A stretch of DNA of 64,000 nt, taken from Octopus sinensis (taxonomy: Eukaryota). Numbering within the stretch: position 1 is the stretch's first letter; each line of letters opens with the position of its first letter. The position numbers were made by a program, and so were the translations under genes. The DNA is taken from contig NC_043015.1 in NCBI RefSeq assembly GCF_006345805.1, forward strand, positions 18,042,001 through 18,106,000, given 5' to 3'. Shown piece by piece: positions 50,465 through 63,300 of the stretch. The notes below the pieces were generated by a model. The model searched no databases and was not told where the DNA came from. It saw only the letters and a list, made by a program, of their open reading frames with translations.

Positions 50465-53400
50465 GGTGGTTATCTACTCCTTATGCAGAGTTTGACCACC
50501 TCCTGTACCTACACCTTAGCACCATATGGCTTTTTAAACCAGACAATGTTCTGAAAAGACACCCACACAGATTGCACATCTGATTTGGACCACCAGGAGC
50601 TGCAGCTAAGTTCTCATCTTTGTGGATCTTAAAATATCCCTTGAGGCCTCTGTTGGATTTGCAAACCTTCTGGCATAAACTGCATTCAAAGGTGTGTACA
50701 GACATATGATAGCAGAATAGTTGGTGGAGGTTCATTATCCATGGGTTCGTAGATGAGATTTGAGCCCAACAAAAGACACGTATGATCAGTCACAGACTGT
50801 GCACACAAAAAGGTCATTGTCATTCACCTTCTTGATTGTTACATTCTTCCTTAGATCTCTTTTGAGTCTTACATGCGTTATCCTGGCCTCTTCAAATGCT
50901 TTCACTCGACTCCACACATTTGTTTGCCATCCAACTTGATCCGAAGCAAGGGTTTCTATGTCTTCTAGATCCATTACAAGTGACTTTATAGTAGTCATTA
51001 AGCCGTCCTTAAACCTTTTTTTGGGGGTTTACGCCAATAGTATTTCCACTCTGCAATCTCACCATAAAACAGCTGTTTCAGCAAGCGTTCATCTGCCATT
51101 TGAACAATATGGCCACACCATCTCATTTGGTTTCTCAAATCTACAGCTTTAATTGAGGTGATGCCTGCAGATGCAAGGACATCTATGGTTAGAGTAAAAG
51201 AACTCCATTTAATTTTTAAAATGCGATGAAGGCAGTTTTGTTCTAATAATTTAAAATGCCTTTCATAACAAGTCCAAGTTTCACAGGAATATAACAGGCA
51301 TGGTAAGACAAATGATTCTTATTTATATGTCGCTGGACAAAACATGCGACTCCAAACCACCAAATGCTTTTGCTGCCCTCTGAATTTGCAGATGTATTTC
51401 TGTATCAAGATTTCCATCATCTTGAACAGAGCTTTCCAAGGTAGATGAACAAATCGACAACCTCAAGTAACTTACCCTTAACAAAAATTTTAGAGGGGTT
51501 ACAAACAGCAGCACACGCAGGTTGATGCATTACAACTGTTTTTTTCCAAGTTGATGGTCAAGCCAAAATCAATATAAGCCAAGTCAAATGCAGAGATAAG
51601 AGATTGCAGACTTGTTTCAGAATTACTGACAAGATTGCAATCGTCAGCATACAAAAGTTCCCTAATGAGTGAACTAAAAACCTCTGTTTTGAATTTCAGT
51701 CTGGTCAGATTGAAAATATTCTGTTGTTCAATATTTTATGTAAATACCCTCCTCAGAGTTTTGAAAAGCATGTGACAACACAACAGCAAAGTATATGTGG
51801 AGGCGCGTGGCTTAGGGGTTAGGGTGCTGGATTCATAGTCGTAAGATTGTGGTTTCGATTCCTGGACCAGGCGATGTGTTGTGTTCCTGAGCAAAACACT
51901 TCATTTCACATTGCTCCAGTCCGCTCAGCTGGCCAAAATGAGTAATCCTGCGATGGACCGGCGTCCTGTCCAGGTGGGGAATTTATTTGCCACTGAAACC
52001 GGGAAACCGGCCCTTATGAGCCTGGCATGGCTCGAGAACGAAACAAAAAAATATATATATAGCAAAGTATATTACAAAGAGGATGGGTGCATCAAGGTTT
52101 TTTTGCTTTACTTCATTTTCCACAGCAAAAGATTCAGAGAGCCTACCACCAAAATTAACTCTAGCTTTCATATCTTGATGCAAAGCCATGATCATGTTTA
52201 CAAATTTTTCTGGCAACCTATTTTCCTTAGAATTAGCCACAGTGCATTTTGGTTAACAGTATCGAATGCTTTGCTCAAATCAACAAAGCAATGGTATAGA
52301 GCAAGATTCTGTGCAATGCACTTTTCTTGTAATTTTCTGACAGTAAAGATACAATCAGCTGTGCCCCTGGAGGAATGAAAACCACTATATTTGGAACTAT
52401 AAAGTTATCTAAATGTTCTAACAAAATGCGGGCAAGTACCTTTCCATCTAGACAAAAGTGAAAACCCACAAAAATTACCACACAGATCCTTTGGCCCCGA
52501 TTTATATAAGGAGACTAAATTGGCATCAATCTAGTCTTTAGGCATTTTCTCAGTTCTCCAACAGTGACAAATTAATATATTTAAGAGTTCAAACATTTTG
52601 TCACCTCCATATTTCAAGACTTCTGCACAAATTCCATCAGACACTGGAGACTTATTGTTATTCAGTTTATTCACAACTAAATAAATGTTACTTAGAGTTG
52701 GTTCAAATGCCATCTCTTCTGTAACTAGAAGGTGTTCGATTTTTTTTCTATCATCCTCATGTCAGCGGATGATGGTCAATTCGAAAGTGCAGAAAAATGT
52801 TCTACCCAGCGCTTATGAATAGAGGTGGTATCAGTCAGAAGAAAACATCCATTTGCTGTTCTCACTAGAGCTATTGTAGAAGAATTTGAGCCATATACCT
52901 CCGTAACATAAGAGTACAAACCCTTAGTATCATTTCTATCAGCTGCTTTTTGTGCCTCTTTTGTTCTATCATTCCACCATTCCTGTTTAATTTTCCTTAG
53001 AGAAGTCTGCACTTTCCTTTTCAGCTTTCTATAAGCTTCATATGAGTTGGGGTTCAAGGACTGAGAAAGAAGTGCATTGCCTAAGTTTTGTTTTTCTAAA
53101 AGTAGATCATGAATTTCTGCTGATCTATATGAGAACCAGTCACTGGACTTATGTGATTTAAATCCCACTGCCGAACATGCAGCCTGAAATACTTTTGTTT
53201 TGAAATCTTCCCATAGTTTGGGTCAAGTCTGATACTTTCTATAGCACTGTGGAATCTTTCCAAGTTGCTTGATAATTCAAAGTTTGCAACATTTAACTTT
53301 TTGGGTCCCTTAGGACCAGACAGTTGATTTTTAGGCATTATTAAAAAATCTATTTTTCCATGCACTAGATGATGGTCAGTCCAGCTCTCTGCCCCTCTCA

Positions 53401-54570
53401 TGGCCTGAATGCTAGAAACGTCTTTCATATCACATTTTCTGATCAGAATATAATCTATGAGATGCCTGTGCTTAGATCTTGGGTGCATCCAGATGGTTTT
53501 ATATTTATTTTTCTGCTTAAACAGTGTTGGTGACAACCAGATTATTCTCAGTACAAAACTTTCCAATCCCATGTCAACCTAAAACAGGCCATGAAACAGT
53601 CCTTTCCAACTCTTGCGTTGAAATCTCCCAATATGACTAGCTAGTCAGAAACTGGTACTTTCCTCAATAATTATGCTAGATCATCATAAAACTGTCCTGC
53701 AGTTTCATCTGAATGGGACACTGTTGGTGCAGAAATACTGACAATGGTAAGAAACCTACCTTTTGTCAGTTTAATATGGCATGACATGGTCTGTTTAGAT
53801 ATATCACTTGGAAGCTCTGCAATAGAGGATACTAATGTATTCTTGAGAGCAAACCCAACTTCGAATTCTTTATGCTGACCCTTAGGTAGGCCTCTCCAAA
53901 AGATAGTATATCCATAGGTAGGTTCATTTACTTGATCCTCACCAGAGAGATGAATTTTAGAGAGAACAACTTTATCAAGAGAATATTTCTTAAGCTCACA
54001 AGCAATAAGTGCAGCACACCTTTCTGGCCTCTTGTTGAAATTATCATCAAGAAGTGTGCACACATTCCAACAGCCAAAATTCGAGGGATGTTTATTTTTA
54101 CTTTTTCTTGAAGACTGTTTGACCACAGTGGCAGGATGACGAGTGGGTCCAGCCTGTGATTCACTGGACACTTGCCGAGCCAGACCTTTTCCCCAGACGT
54201 TCCCAAGCCTATTTTGCAATTTACTGAATCTGTTTGAGACATTTCAGAGTCAGTTACAAATGCATTTTTAGGTTTCTGCCAACCCACCAATTCAATGATT
54301 TTACTGAGATTTGGAGTACATGAAGTACCTGTGCAGATGAATAATTTTCAGTGGGTGTAGATTGCACTGCACTACCCCACCTATTGGCCCAAGAAGACTT
54401 TTGCGAGTGTGACATGAAAACTGACAAAACCAGGAACTTCCAAGGCCTCAGGTTTTATTTCAGAGATTTCCTTCTCCTAGGTAGATTACCAACCAAGGTT
54501 AAAGAGCTTCTACCTGCCCATGAAGTAAGCTATCCCATTCCAGACACCAAACCGACACTCAAACACTCTA
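50465..54570 (-). mobile_element. Near full-length decayed RTE LINE with tandem C-terminal C2H2 fingers
   Basis: FGCWNVCTL..ISAPT; WMHPRSK..IDYIL..WTDH; KSPVSDGI; YADD near 51645; three C-x2-C-x12-H(Y) units at 50530-50805. Confidence 0.92.
51797..52060 (+). mobile_element. tRNA-derived SINE inserted in the RTE RT, 12-bp TSD
   Basis: TSD agcaaagtatat at 51785-51796 and 52061-52072; A box ggcttaggggttagg, B box gtttcgattcc; A/TA tail. Confidence 0.93.
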
Positions 54571-54784
54571 TAAAGTGATCATCTATCACTCCGGTGACCG
54601 ATGTGGAATGCCTCATTCATACATAAAAAAAGAAAAGCAAACAAGTATATGTGATTTGCAAATGTAAATAAGAATTATATATAAATATAAAAAAGTAAAA
54701 GGTATACAATAAATATAAATATGTATATAAAAGTAAAAATATACGTATGTATACATATAAAAAAAAATAACATATATATGTCAG

Positions 54785-57700
54785 GTCACTCTTGAGTGCT
54801 ACTGGTAACATGTAATCCAGTACAACCTGTTACATGGTCGGGAGGTCGGCGACTAAACTGGCAACCCCACCAGGCTTGCTTGGTGAGAAGTGTGTTGCTG
54901 GACACCCAGCGGAATAAAAAATAAGACTCGTCAAAGGGCAGAGGAACTCCTGAACAGTCAATTTCTTTATTTACCATATAAAGTTAAGAAAAAGAGGGGA
55001 CGATATGAGGACAGACAAAACAAACACAGGGTCAGGGGATCAAATGGGACAAAACATATGCATAAATAATTTTAAATATATACAATAAAATGCGAATGAA
55101 TGTATAAACATAAAATGAAGCGTAGGACACGGTCTACCCCACAAACCACATTCTCACACTGAAGACTTTGTTGTTTTCCCTTTTTTTCTTCTCGTTTAGA
55201 CAGGTTCTTTCACTCACAACATGCTAGCTACAGACTTCTATCTTTTACGAAACACACTTTGTAACAGGCATTTCTTCTCCAGCCTTATTCTCTGTTTCAT
55301 GTGGAAAACGAAAAAGTCAATGAACCCGAGACTGGAGATGAAACTGCCTATTGCAATTCCTTTCACTCTCGTCTTCCATACTACCTCTTTTGCAACAGCA
55401 ACTACCGAGAGAAAACAAGCTCACTCCTCCCTATTCAGCGAGGGCAGCGGAACGATCTTAATTACAGATTCGCTTGACAGTTGTACACTTCTCGAATGCG
55501 ACAGAAGGTGTTCGACATAAGCTCAAAGTTCAGTCATCTTTGGGCATTGCACAATCATGTGCAGGACAGTTTCACTGTCTTGCTCACATCTTTCACAAAC
55601 CGGCAGAGCTTACCTCGAACCGGTAAAGCTCCTCTGTAACATAGCCAGGCCAGGGACTTCTGGTAATTATCCATAGGCCCTGGCCTGAATGTTCTTTGGA
55701 ATAGGTTGGTAAGTTGATCTTCATCGAAGCCTAGGGTTTCTCCCAGGATGTCATCACGCTTCAATTCTACTAACCTTCTAGAGAAGAACGAGGTAGTACA
55801 CCCGTTACCGGTGTTGCCCAACTGGGAAAGAAGCACTAGTGCCTGATGGCATTCTGCATGCCATGCACCCAACCTTGGTCTACACATGATCCATGGGTCC
55901 AGTCCAGAAAACAATGTGAACTGCAGAAATAACATTTTCATGCAGACCACACCTGATCACTGTACAGGTAAAGCCAGAGGTGCCTAAGCCTCAGCACATA
56001 ACTGCACATTTTTAGCTACAGCATCCCTAGCCCACCCTTCAGTGGCTTTTGGCAGCAGATAGAGCACCTTACAAGAGGTCTGCTGCCCCTCCACAAAAAG
56101 TGGAAGGGCACACATTCCACCTTGTTCAGCCACAAATCTAGGCAAGGTACGATGGTCAGGCGGTAGCTGATTACAGAGGCGATGAACACCTCTGCAACTT
56201 CCACCCTCCCTTTTAAGGATAGCCTCTGCTCAAACCAGGTCTGAGTTAGGAGAGCCACCTTGCTCCAATTCTTCTCTATCTGGAGATCTGGACCAAACCA
56301 GACTCCAAGCATTTTCACTGGCCCTTCCGTCTAACATCTCATGACACTGTCGGAAGGCATCAACTTGCTCCTCCAGGTGCTGAGTTGCAAGCCAACCGAT
56401 TTATCCTGGTTGATTTTCGCTCCTGCCACCGCTTCGTAATCCCTTAAGGCTTCACCCACACACTGTAAGTGCTTGACCCGGGATACAATAATGGTGATGT
56501 CATCAGCATACGCCAAAGCTGACTTTCTGCACCCTAGATCTTGCGGAGAGCCCCTCATAGCCTCCAACTTCCTCAGCAATGGCTCGAGGGCCAAAATGTA
56601 GAAAGAGGGCACCCATAACATACTAATCATTCAATGCAGAACGGCTCCAAAAAGAAACTGTTCACCTGAACTAGCGATTCGATGTTGCTGTATAAAGCAG
56701 TGATCCATCTACAGAAGGTCAGGCCAAAGCCAGCCACCATGAGGACCACCGTCAGATACTGATGGTCCACCCTATCAAATGCTTTGGATTGGTCTAAATT
56801 GACCATAGCTCCACCCTTGCCAGGAACCCTATTTACCCTTTCTAATGCATAGTATAGAAAAGGAAGTTTGTCGTGAACAGTCCTGCCAGGGATGGTACAC
56901 GTTTGCACCTCGCCAACAAGTCCATCCAAAACCCATGCCAACCTTTTTGCTAAGACCTTGGCCAAAATCTTCAACTCTGCGTTAAGCAGAGTGATGGGCC
57001 GAAAATTATTAATTAAGTCCCCCTTGTTTGGGTTCTTTCTTAACAGCGCTACACCCCACCCCACCCCCAGCTCACAGACTTAAGAATTCTCCCTTTCTGC
57101 TGCCAGTTGGTGTACACACCTGCATGTAGGTGCCCAAACAAGTCTGGCATGCTACTATAGAGTTTGTAAGGCAGACCATCAAGTCCCGGTGATTTGTCAC
57201 CACCGCAGTCTGCCAACACATCCTCAACCTCCTTGGCTGTGATCGGCACTTCACAAGATTCTGCATGCTGCCCCAAGAGACATGGTGAACCGGACAGAAA
57301 GTCTGCGAGTTTCTCCCCATGCTCCAGTCCACCGCCCCTCCTGAAAAGCTGGGCGAAATGATCGTGAAACACCTTGCACATCTCCTCAGGTTTGTTTACT
57401 GATCAACCATGTGGGTCTGTCAAAGACAGAATGATTGAGTTGTTGCCACGCTGGCTCTCCACCACCCAGGCTCATCCAACTGCATTGATCCCTTCCTGTC
57501 TCACTGCATGTATCTTCGCCCTGACAACATGTTTAGCTTTGAGATGTTGGTCTAGTGCCAACCTCACCACTAACACTTTTGATGCACAGCCTGACCTCAT
57601 TGCCTCTTCTACTGCCTCAACTAGCTCCCTTTCTACTTTGTTTCTAGCACTAGCTAATTCTTTTCTAAACCTAATTGACTCGAATTTTATGGCTCTTTTG

Positions 57701-59445
57701 AGGGCAAACCACCATGTTGTTGATAATGGATCCAGTTAATGCCCTCATTACTAACTGTCTAATCCGGTTCCTGTAGGCTTCACAGTCCAATAGCGACTTG
57801 TTTAGCTTCCAGTAACCTGTACCTCGTCTACACATACTATCTAAGTCAAGCATACAGGTCACTAATTTGTGATTACTGTAGCTGACGATATGGTGTTGTG
57901 GACAGCTAAGTATTTTCTTATCTTTTCTTCTTGTAATGATTCTATGTAAGATCTGGATAGTCCAGTCTGAATCAGTCTGCCAACTCGAAACGACTTAGCA
58001 GACCGCTGAGTCAAGGGTATCCCCTCCTATCCTGTCTCAAGCCAACATAATCTACGCGTGCATCGCAGATTGTGTTAAAATTGCCTAGCAATACTAACAT
58101 GTTCGGCATGCCTAGAAAATTCTCTAGGCTTCTGAAGTAATCGTACTGTATGGCTCTTCCTTCGCAGGGAGCATAGACAGCAACCAGCCTAAACACTTTA
58201 CCACTGATGTGCATCACATCCAAAACAACTAGCCTGTCTTCTGGATCTATAAAGACACTTCTCATCTCTAAATCCAGGTTTTTCCTGACTAGCATTGTGA
58301 CCCCTCCACCCCCTCCTGGTCGGAAGGGAGAAACGTATTTCTCGTAGCTGTTTAGGAGGGGTGAAAAAGCCTGCAACCCACTCAGTCCGGATTCGGTAAT
58401 TACAACCACATCCAAACAATGCAACCTGAAGTCGTCAAGGAGACAGCCTTGCTTCCAATCTGAACCCAGAACATGTACATTTAAACAACCGAGTTTAAAC
58501 GACAATGTGAAAAATTAACTGTTATTTAAAAACTTACAGTTTTAAGAGGATGAAGAGTATAGTTTCACCCTCTTCTTTCCTGTCTGTAGGTGTTGTGGTT
58601 TGCGCAGTCATTTTTGAAAATTACCTCTACAAATGACTCAGGAAGTTAATCTGTAACGGGCCGACATCCTCCGCAAATGATTTTTTAGTTTGAAACAGTG
58701 TAAAATTTGGCATTTGCGAGAATAGAACTGTTTGATTCTGCTACATTATATTTTTTCGATGACTTCATTAATAGCATTTTCTCTCGTAAGAGTTTATTGT
58801 TTTTGTTTATCATTTTTATTAGTGAATGTGGAGGAGTGGGTGTGTGTGTGCTTGTAGATGTGTGTGTGCTTGTGGATGCCTGTGCTTTTTTTAGTGCGTG
58901 TGTTTTCTTGGCTACATGTGTGCTTGTGGCTGTATTTGTGGATAATTCTGTGTATCCGAAAGGGGGGGTCTTTCCGTTTCCGCTTTCTCTTTGATGGTCC
59001 AATGACAACCCACTCCTGGTTGTTGTTGGTGTCTTCCCATGCTGCTGGCTGTTCTTTTGTCTGTGTGTGCAACATGGCTGCTATTTCTAGTGGTGTGGTC
59101 GTTTTACTTGGTGGTGCACTTGCCTTTTCTACTGCATCTTCGTTGTCTTTTTCCTTCTCGCAATTCGACCTTATGTGGCCTTTCTCGCCACATTTATAAC
59201 ACCTCGGCTTGCACCCCTCGACTACCACCATCAGGCTGGTATTTTCCCCAATTAAAATTGAATTTGGCATTTCTTTCAAATCAAGGGGGTTTACTTGAAT
59301 GACCAGCTCTAAAGCCTGTCCGACCCAGTTCATGTGGTGGTAGCTGGTCGCCTGCAGAATGGTAATTTTATCCTCTAGGCCCATGAGAACAAGAGAGAGA
59401 ATGACGGAACAGTCAACGGCATCCAACAAAATGTCTGTAAGTATG

Positions 59446-59450
<5 letters not shown>
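54785..59450 (-). mobile_element. Tx1/L1-clade LINE, decayed; ORF1 zinc knuckle plus ORF2 APE-RT
   Basis: ORF1 CYKCGEKGHIRSNC; ORF2 LGCLNVH..VAVYAP..LGNFN; GYWKLN; KSPGLDGLP; NFRPITLLNAELKILAK; LDQSKAFDRVDH; AYADDIT; KGGLG. Confidence 0.92.
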
Positions 59451-59479
<29 letters not shown>

Positions 59480-59486
<7 letters not shown>

Positions 59487-59640
59487 TATTCGAGACAAAA
59501 CCACTATTTTGCAAAACAAACAAGGAAAGACTTAATCAATACATAAAATTTTAATAAATAGTCAAAAAAACCGCCACTACAATCGTTTCTTGTCTTGATC
59601 GACAATCTTCAGGTGGACTTCCAATAATTCAGTGTCAAAT
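59480..59640 (-). mobile_element. PLE terminal fragment
   Basis: gagacaaaaccactattttgc end resembles 10830-10860; carries a hammerhead; flanked by (TA)n. Confidence 0.7.
59574..59616 (-). ncRNA. Intact-looking minimal type I hammerhead ribozyme
   Basis: CCAC-CUGAAGA-UUGUC-GAUCAA-GACAA-GAAAC-GAUU-GUA|GUGG; all core nucleotides and three stems present. Confidence 0.82.
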
Positions 59641-60329
59641 TATATTTATATAGGTATGTATGTACATATATGTATGCATATATGCATATATTTATATATT
59701 ATATATATATGTTTAAGACAAATAAGAAAATGGAGAGGATAATCAATCGACAAACATCAACCTATAACCATTCATTAAGATATATTTATTAATTCATATC
59801 TCTGCCGCTCTGTCCCAAATCAAAACTTCGCCATTCGCAGCCTGTTTTCTTAACCGCTTTACTACTTCTGTCTGTCCCCTAACTCAAACTCTCTTCCGGT
59901 CAGTCTATATTTAAAAAAAGACTCGCCCATGTGCTCCTACTATTCCTTCATTCATTCATCGAGCAGTGATGCCCGAAGCAAGCTAAGCTAAAAATTACTC
60001 ATTTCATTTCTTGACCCCTCGTACTACATACGCCACTAACACTTAAAATGTATCATCTATTCACTAATCTGCTTGCTGTCTTTTTTCATGAGCTAACTGT
60101 TAATATTGTCCCCCAAATATAATCTTTTCATTTTTAGTCCTATCTCGTAATAATTCGTCCCTGTGTGATGATAATTTGTTTCTTTCTGTATGATACTTTG
60201 TTTCTTTCTCTACGACACTTTGTTCGTTCTCTACAATATTGTTTCTTCAAACCCCGATTGCTTAATTCTTTACACTGCTATTTCCATATCTCTGCCACTC
60301 TGTCCCAAATCAAAACTTCGCCATTCGCG

Positions 60330-63300
60330 GTGCACCTGCCCCTTCCCACCCCCACCACCAATACCGGATAACACTATGTCTACGCCATCTACACCACACA
60401 TCAGATATCCCTTCTCCCACCACCATTACTTGTGTCTATTCCTCGAACCCCTCCTCCTCAATATGCTATTTCACTATGTATTACCCCTACTTCTCCTCCC
60501 TAAGACAGAAGCAGCTAGCGCAGCTGCTCATCAACCGTCGCACTTAACCAGTTATCTTACGTTTCTCTCTGTTTTGAAATCTGTCACCACCTCAACCGGC
60601 TATCTCCTTCCAGTCCCCTACCTCACTCGTGACATCCTACTTTCATTCTGTATAGAACCTGCCACCACCCCTACCTGTCATCGTTTCTCCTAACACCCCT
60701 CCCTACTGGTGCTCCCCTATATTACCCTCCCCCACTTTCTCTCCCTCTCTATCTCTCTTCTCTCTGCTGGAACCCTTCCCCGCCGCAATGCAACCAATTT
60801 TTCAGCTGGAACCTCCCCGCCCCCCCAACCAAACACTAGAATATCCATGTTTCTGCTACGCTGCTTAAATACGTTACTCAATGACCATAATGCTTGCTTA
60901 GAATGCTACTAACACCTAGAATTTCAGAGCTTACATCTACATCATCAATGACCTTAATGCTTATGCTTACAACGTTGCTAACACCAGCTCCTACCTACGG
61001 CAGGGGCCACAACCTTAACATGCCTAAATGCTTGAATGTTGTCAGGTCGGAAGAGAGATCAGATGAAAATGCCTAAAAAACGATCACCACCACAACAACC
61101 CTCTTCTTTTCAGGTGCTGAATTGCACCCCTCCTTCCCACATCTCCTTCCCAGTCTTCAGAGTTGGCACTGTCAATGTTGGTACACTGAAAGGTAGGTCT
61201 AGTGAGATTGTAGAGATGCTTGAGAAAAGACGGGTTGATGTATGCTGCATAAAAGAAGTAAGATGGAGAGGTGCTTCAGCTAGGGTCCTCACAGGCAAGG
61301 CACATCATCATCATCATCATTTAGCGTCCGTTTTCCATGCTAGCATGGGTTGCACATAGGTATAAAGTCTTCTGGCAAGGTAACATGGATGGTGTAGGGG
61401 GTGTAGGCATTCTCCTTGCAGAAAAATGGGTAGATAAGGTCATAGAGGTTGTCAGGGTTTGCGATAGAGTGCTTAAGCTCAGGTTAGTCCTACAGAGTGA
61501 CACAGCTACGATTATCTCCGCCTATGCCCCACATGCAGGGTTACCAAATGATCAGAAGGACCACTTTTATGATACCCTTCTACAGGCTACCTCAAAGACT
61601 AGTGGCAAGGACCTCATCTTTGTGGGTGGAGACTTTAATGGGCATGTTGGGCGGGAATCGGGTATCTTCACTGGGGCACACGGTGGCCATGGTATTGGCA
61701 CCAGAAATGATGAGGGAACTAGACTACTGGAATACTGTGATGCATATAACCTGTTAATCTGCAACACTAACTTCAGGAAGCCTGACTGCCACCTTATAAC
61801 CTATCAGTCAGGAGACGCTGCTAGCCAAATAGACTTCATCCTCACCAGAGAGTGGGATGCAGGGTTGCTCTTAAATACAAAGACCCTCCCGGGTGAAGAA
61901 TGTATCCCTCAACATAGGCTAATCATTAGTGACTTTAGGCTTGAGGCCAGAAGGATTCCAAGAAACAGACCAATCCAAAAAAGGATTTGGAAGCTAAAGA
62001 ACCCTTCACATGGTCAGAGATTTAGGGACATCCTCATCAAGAAATTTGATGAGAGGGAGGAGGAGCTACAGACGTCAGACATAGAAGGTAGCTGGAAATT
62101 CCTATGGGATAGTTTGCTGAGTGCCACAGACCAAGTCTGTGGATGGTGCAAAGTCCCTTCCAGACCTAGAGTTACTTGGTGGTGGAATAGTGCAGTAGAC
62201 AAAGCTATTAGTGCAAAGAAACAGGCCTGGAAAGCCTGGAGGGATGGGGGTAGCAGGGAACTGTACCCGGTAGCCAAAAGGGAGGCTGGGCGGCAGGTAC
62301 ACATAGCCAAAGATGTAGCAGAAAAGAAGTTTGCCAATGTCCAGCGACGTGAGGACCAAAGAACTGAGGTATTTCGGATTGCTAGACAGTGTGTGAGAGA
62401 AAATAGTGATGTTACAGGAGAGAAATGTGTCCGCATGGATGATGGTGCACTTGCTTTTAATGATGGTGAAAAGAAAGAGGCTTGGAGAAGCCATTATGAA
62501 AGACTGCTGAATGTGGAGAATGAATGGGAGGAGGAGAGCCTGCCAAATGTTGACCCAGCAGAGGGACCAGCTATCCGAATAGACAGCTCCCTTGTAGTTA
62601 AGGCAATTAGGGGTAGGGGTATGAAACCAGGTAAAGCCCCCGGCCCATCAGGAATCACTGCTGAGATGCTTAAAACAGCTGGTTATGTGGGCTATGGCCT
62701 AGTCACCCGCATTGTAAACCAGGTAGTTCATAATGGAGTCATACTCAATGACTGGCGTAGCAGCACCATAATCAACTGCTACAAGGGTAAGGGTGATGCT
62801 CTAGTTAGAAATAACTACAGGGGTATTAAACTGTTGGATCAGGTGATGAAGGTCACAGAGTGGATCATAACCCATCTCATTAGGGAGAGAATTTGCTTAG
62901 ATGAGATGCAGTTCAGTTTTGTGCCGGGTAGAAGCACCACTGATGCTATATTCCTGGTCCGACAACTGCAAGAGAAGTACCTAGCTAAAGATAAACCCCT
63001 CTACATAGCTTTTGTGGATTTTGACAGGGTCCCCCAATCCCTTATCTGGTGGTTGATGCGGAAACTGGAGATTGACGAATGGCTAATAAGGGCTGTACAG
63101 GCCCTATATAGAGAGGCTGTCAGCAAGGTTAGGATTGGCAACAAATATAGTGAAGAATTCCGGGTAGAAGTAGGTGTACACCAAGGCTCAGCCCTCAGTC
63201 CCCTTTTATTCATCATAGTCCTCCAGGCAATAACAGAGGAATTCAAAACAGGTTGCCCCTGGGAGCTCCTCTATGCTGATGACCTGGCTCTCATAGCAGA

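Noticed and set aside
54570-54620. HDV-like ribozyme at the RTE 5' end (ttccacat..gg-agtgat..atcact on minus)
   Set aside because: Only a P4-like hairpin and L3-like loop are visible; P1/P2 and the catalytic C junction could not be built
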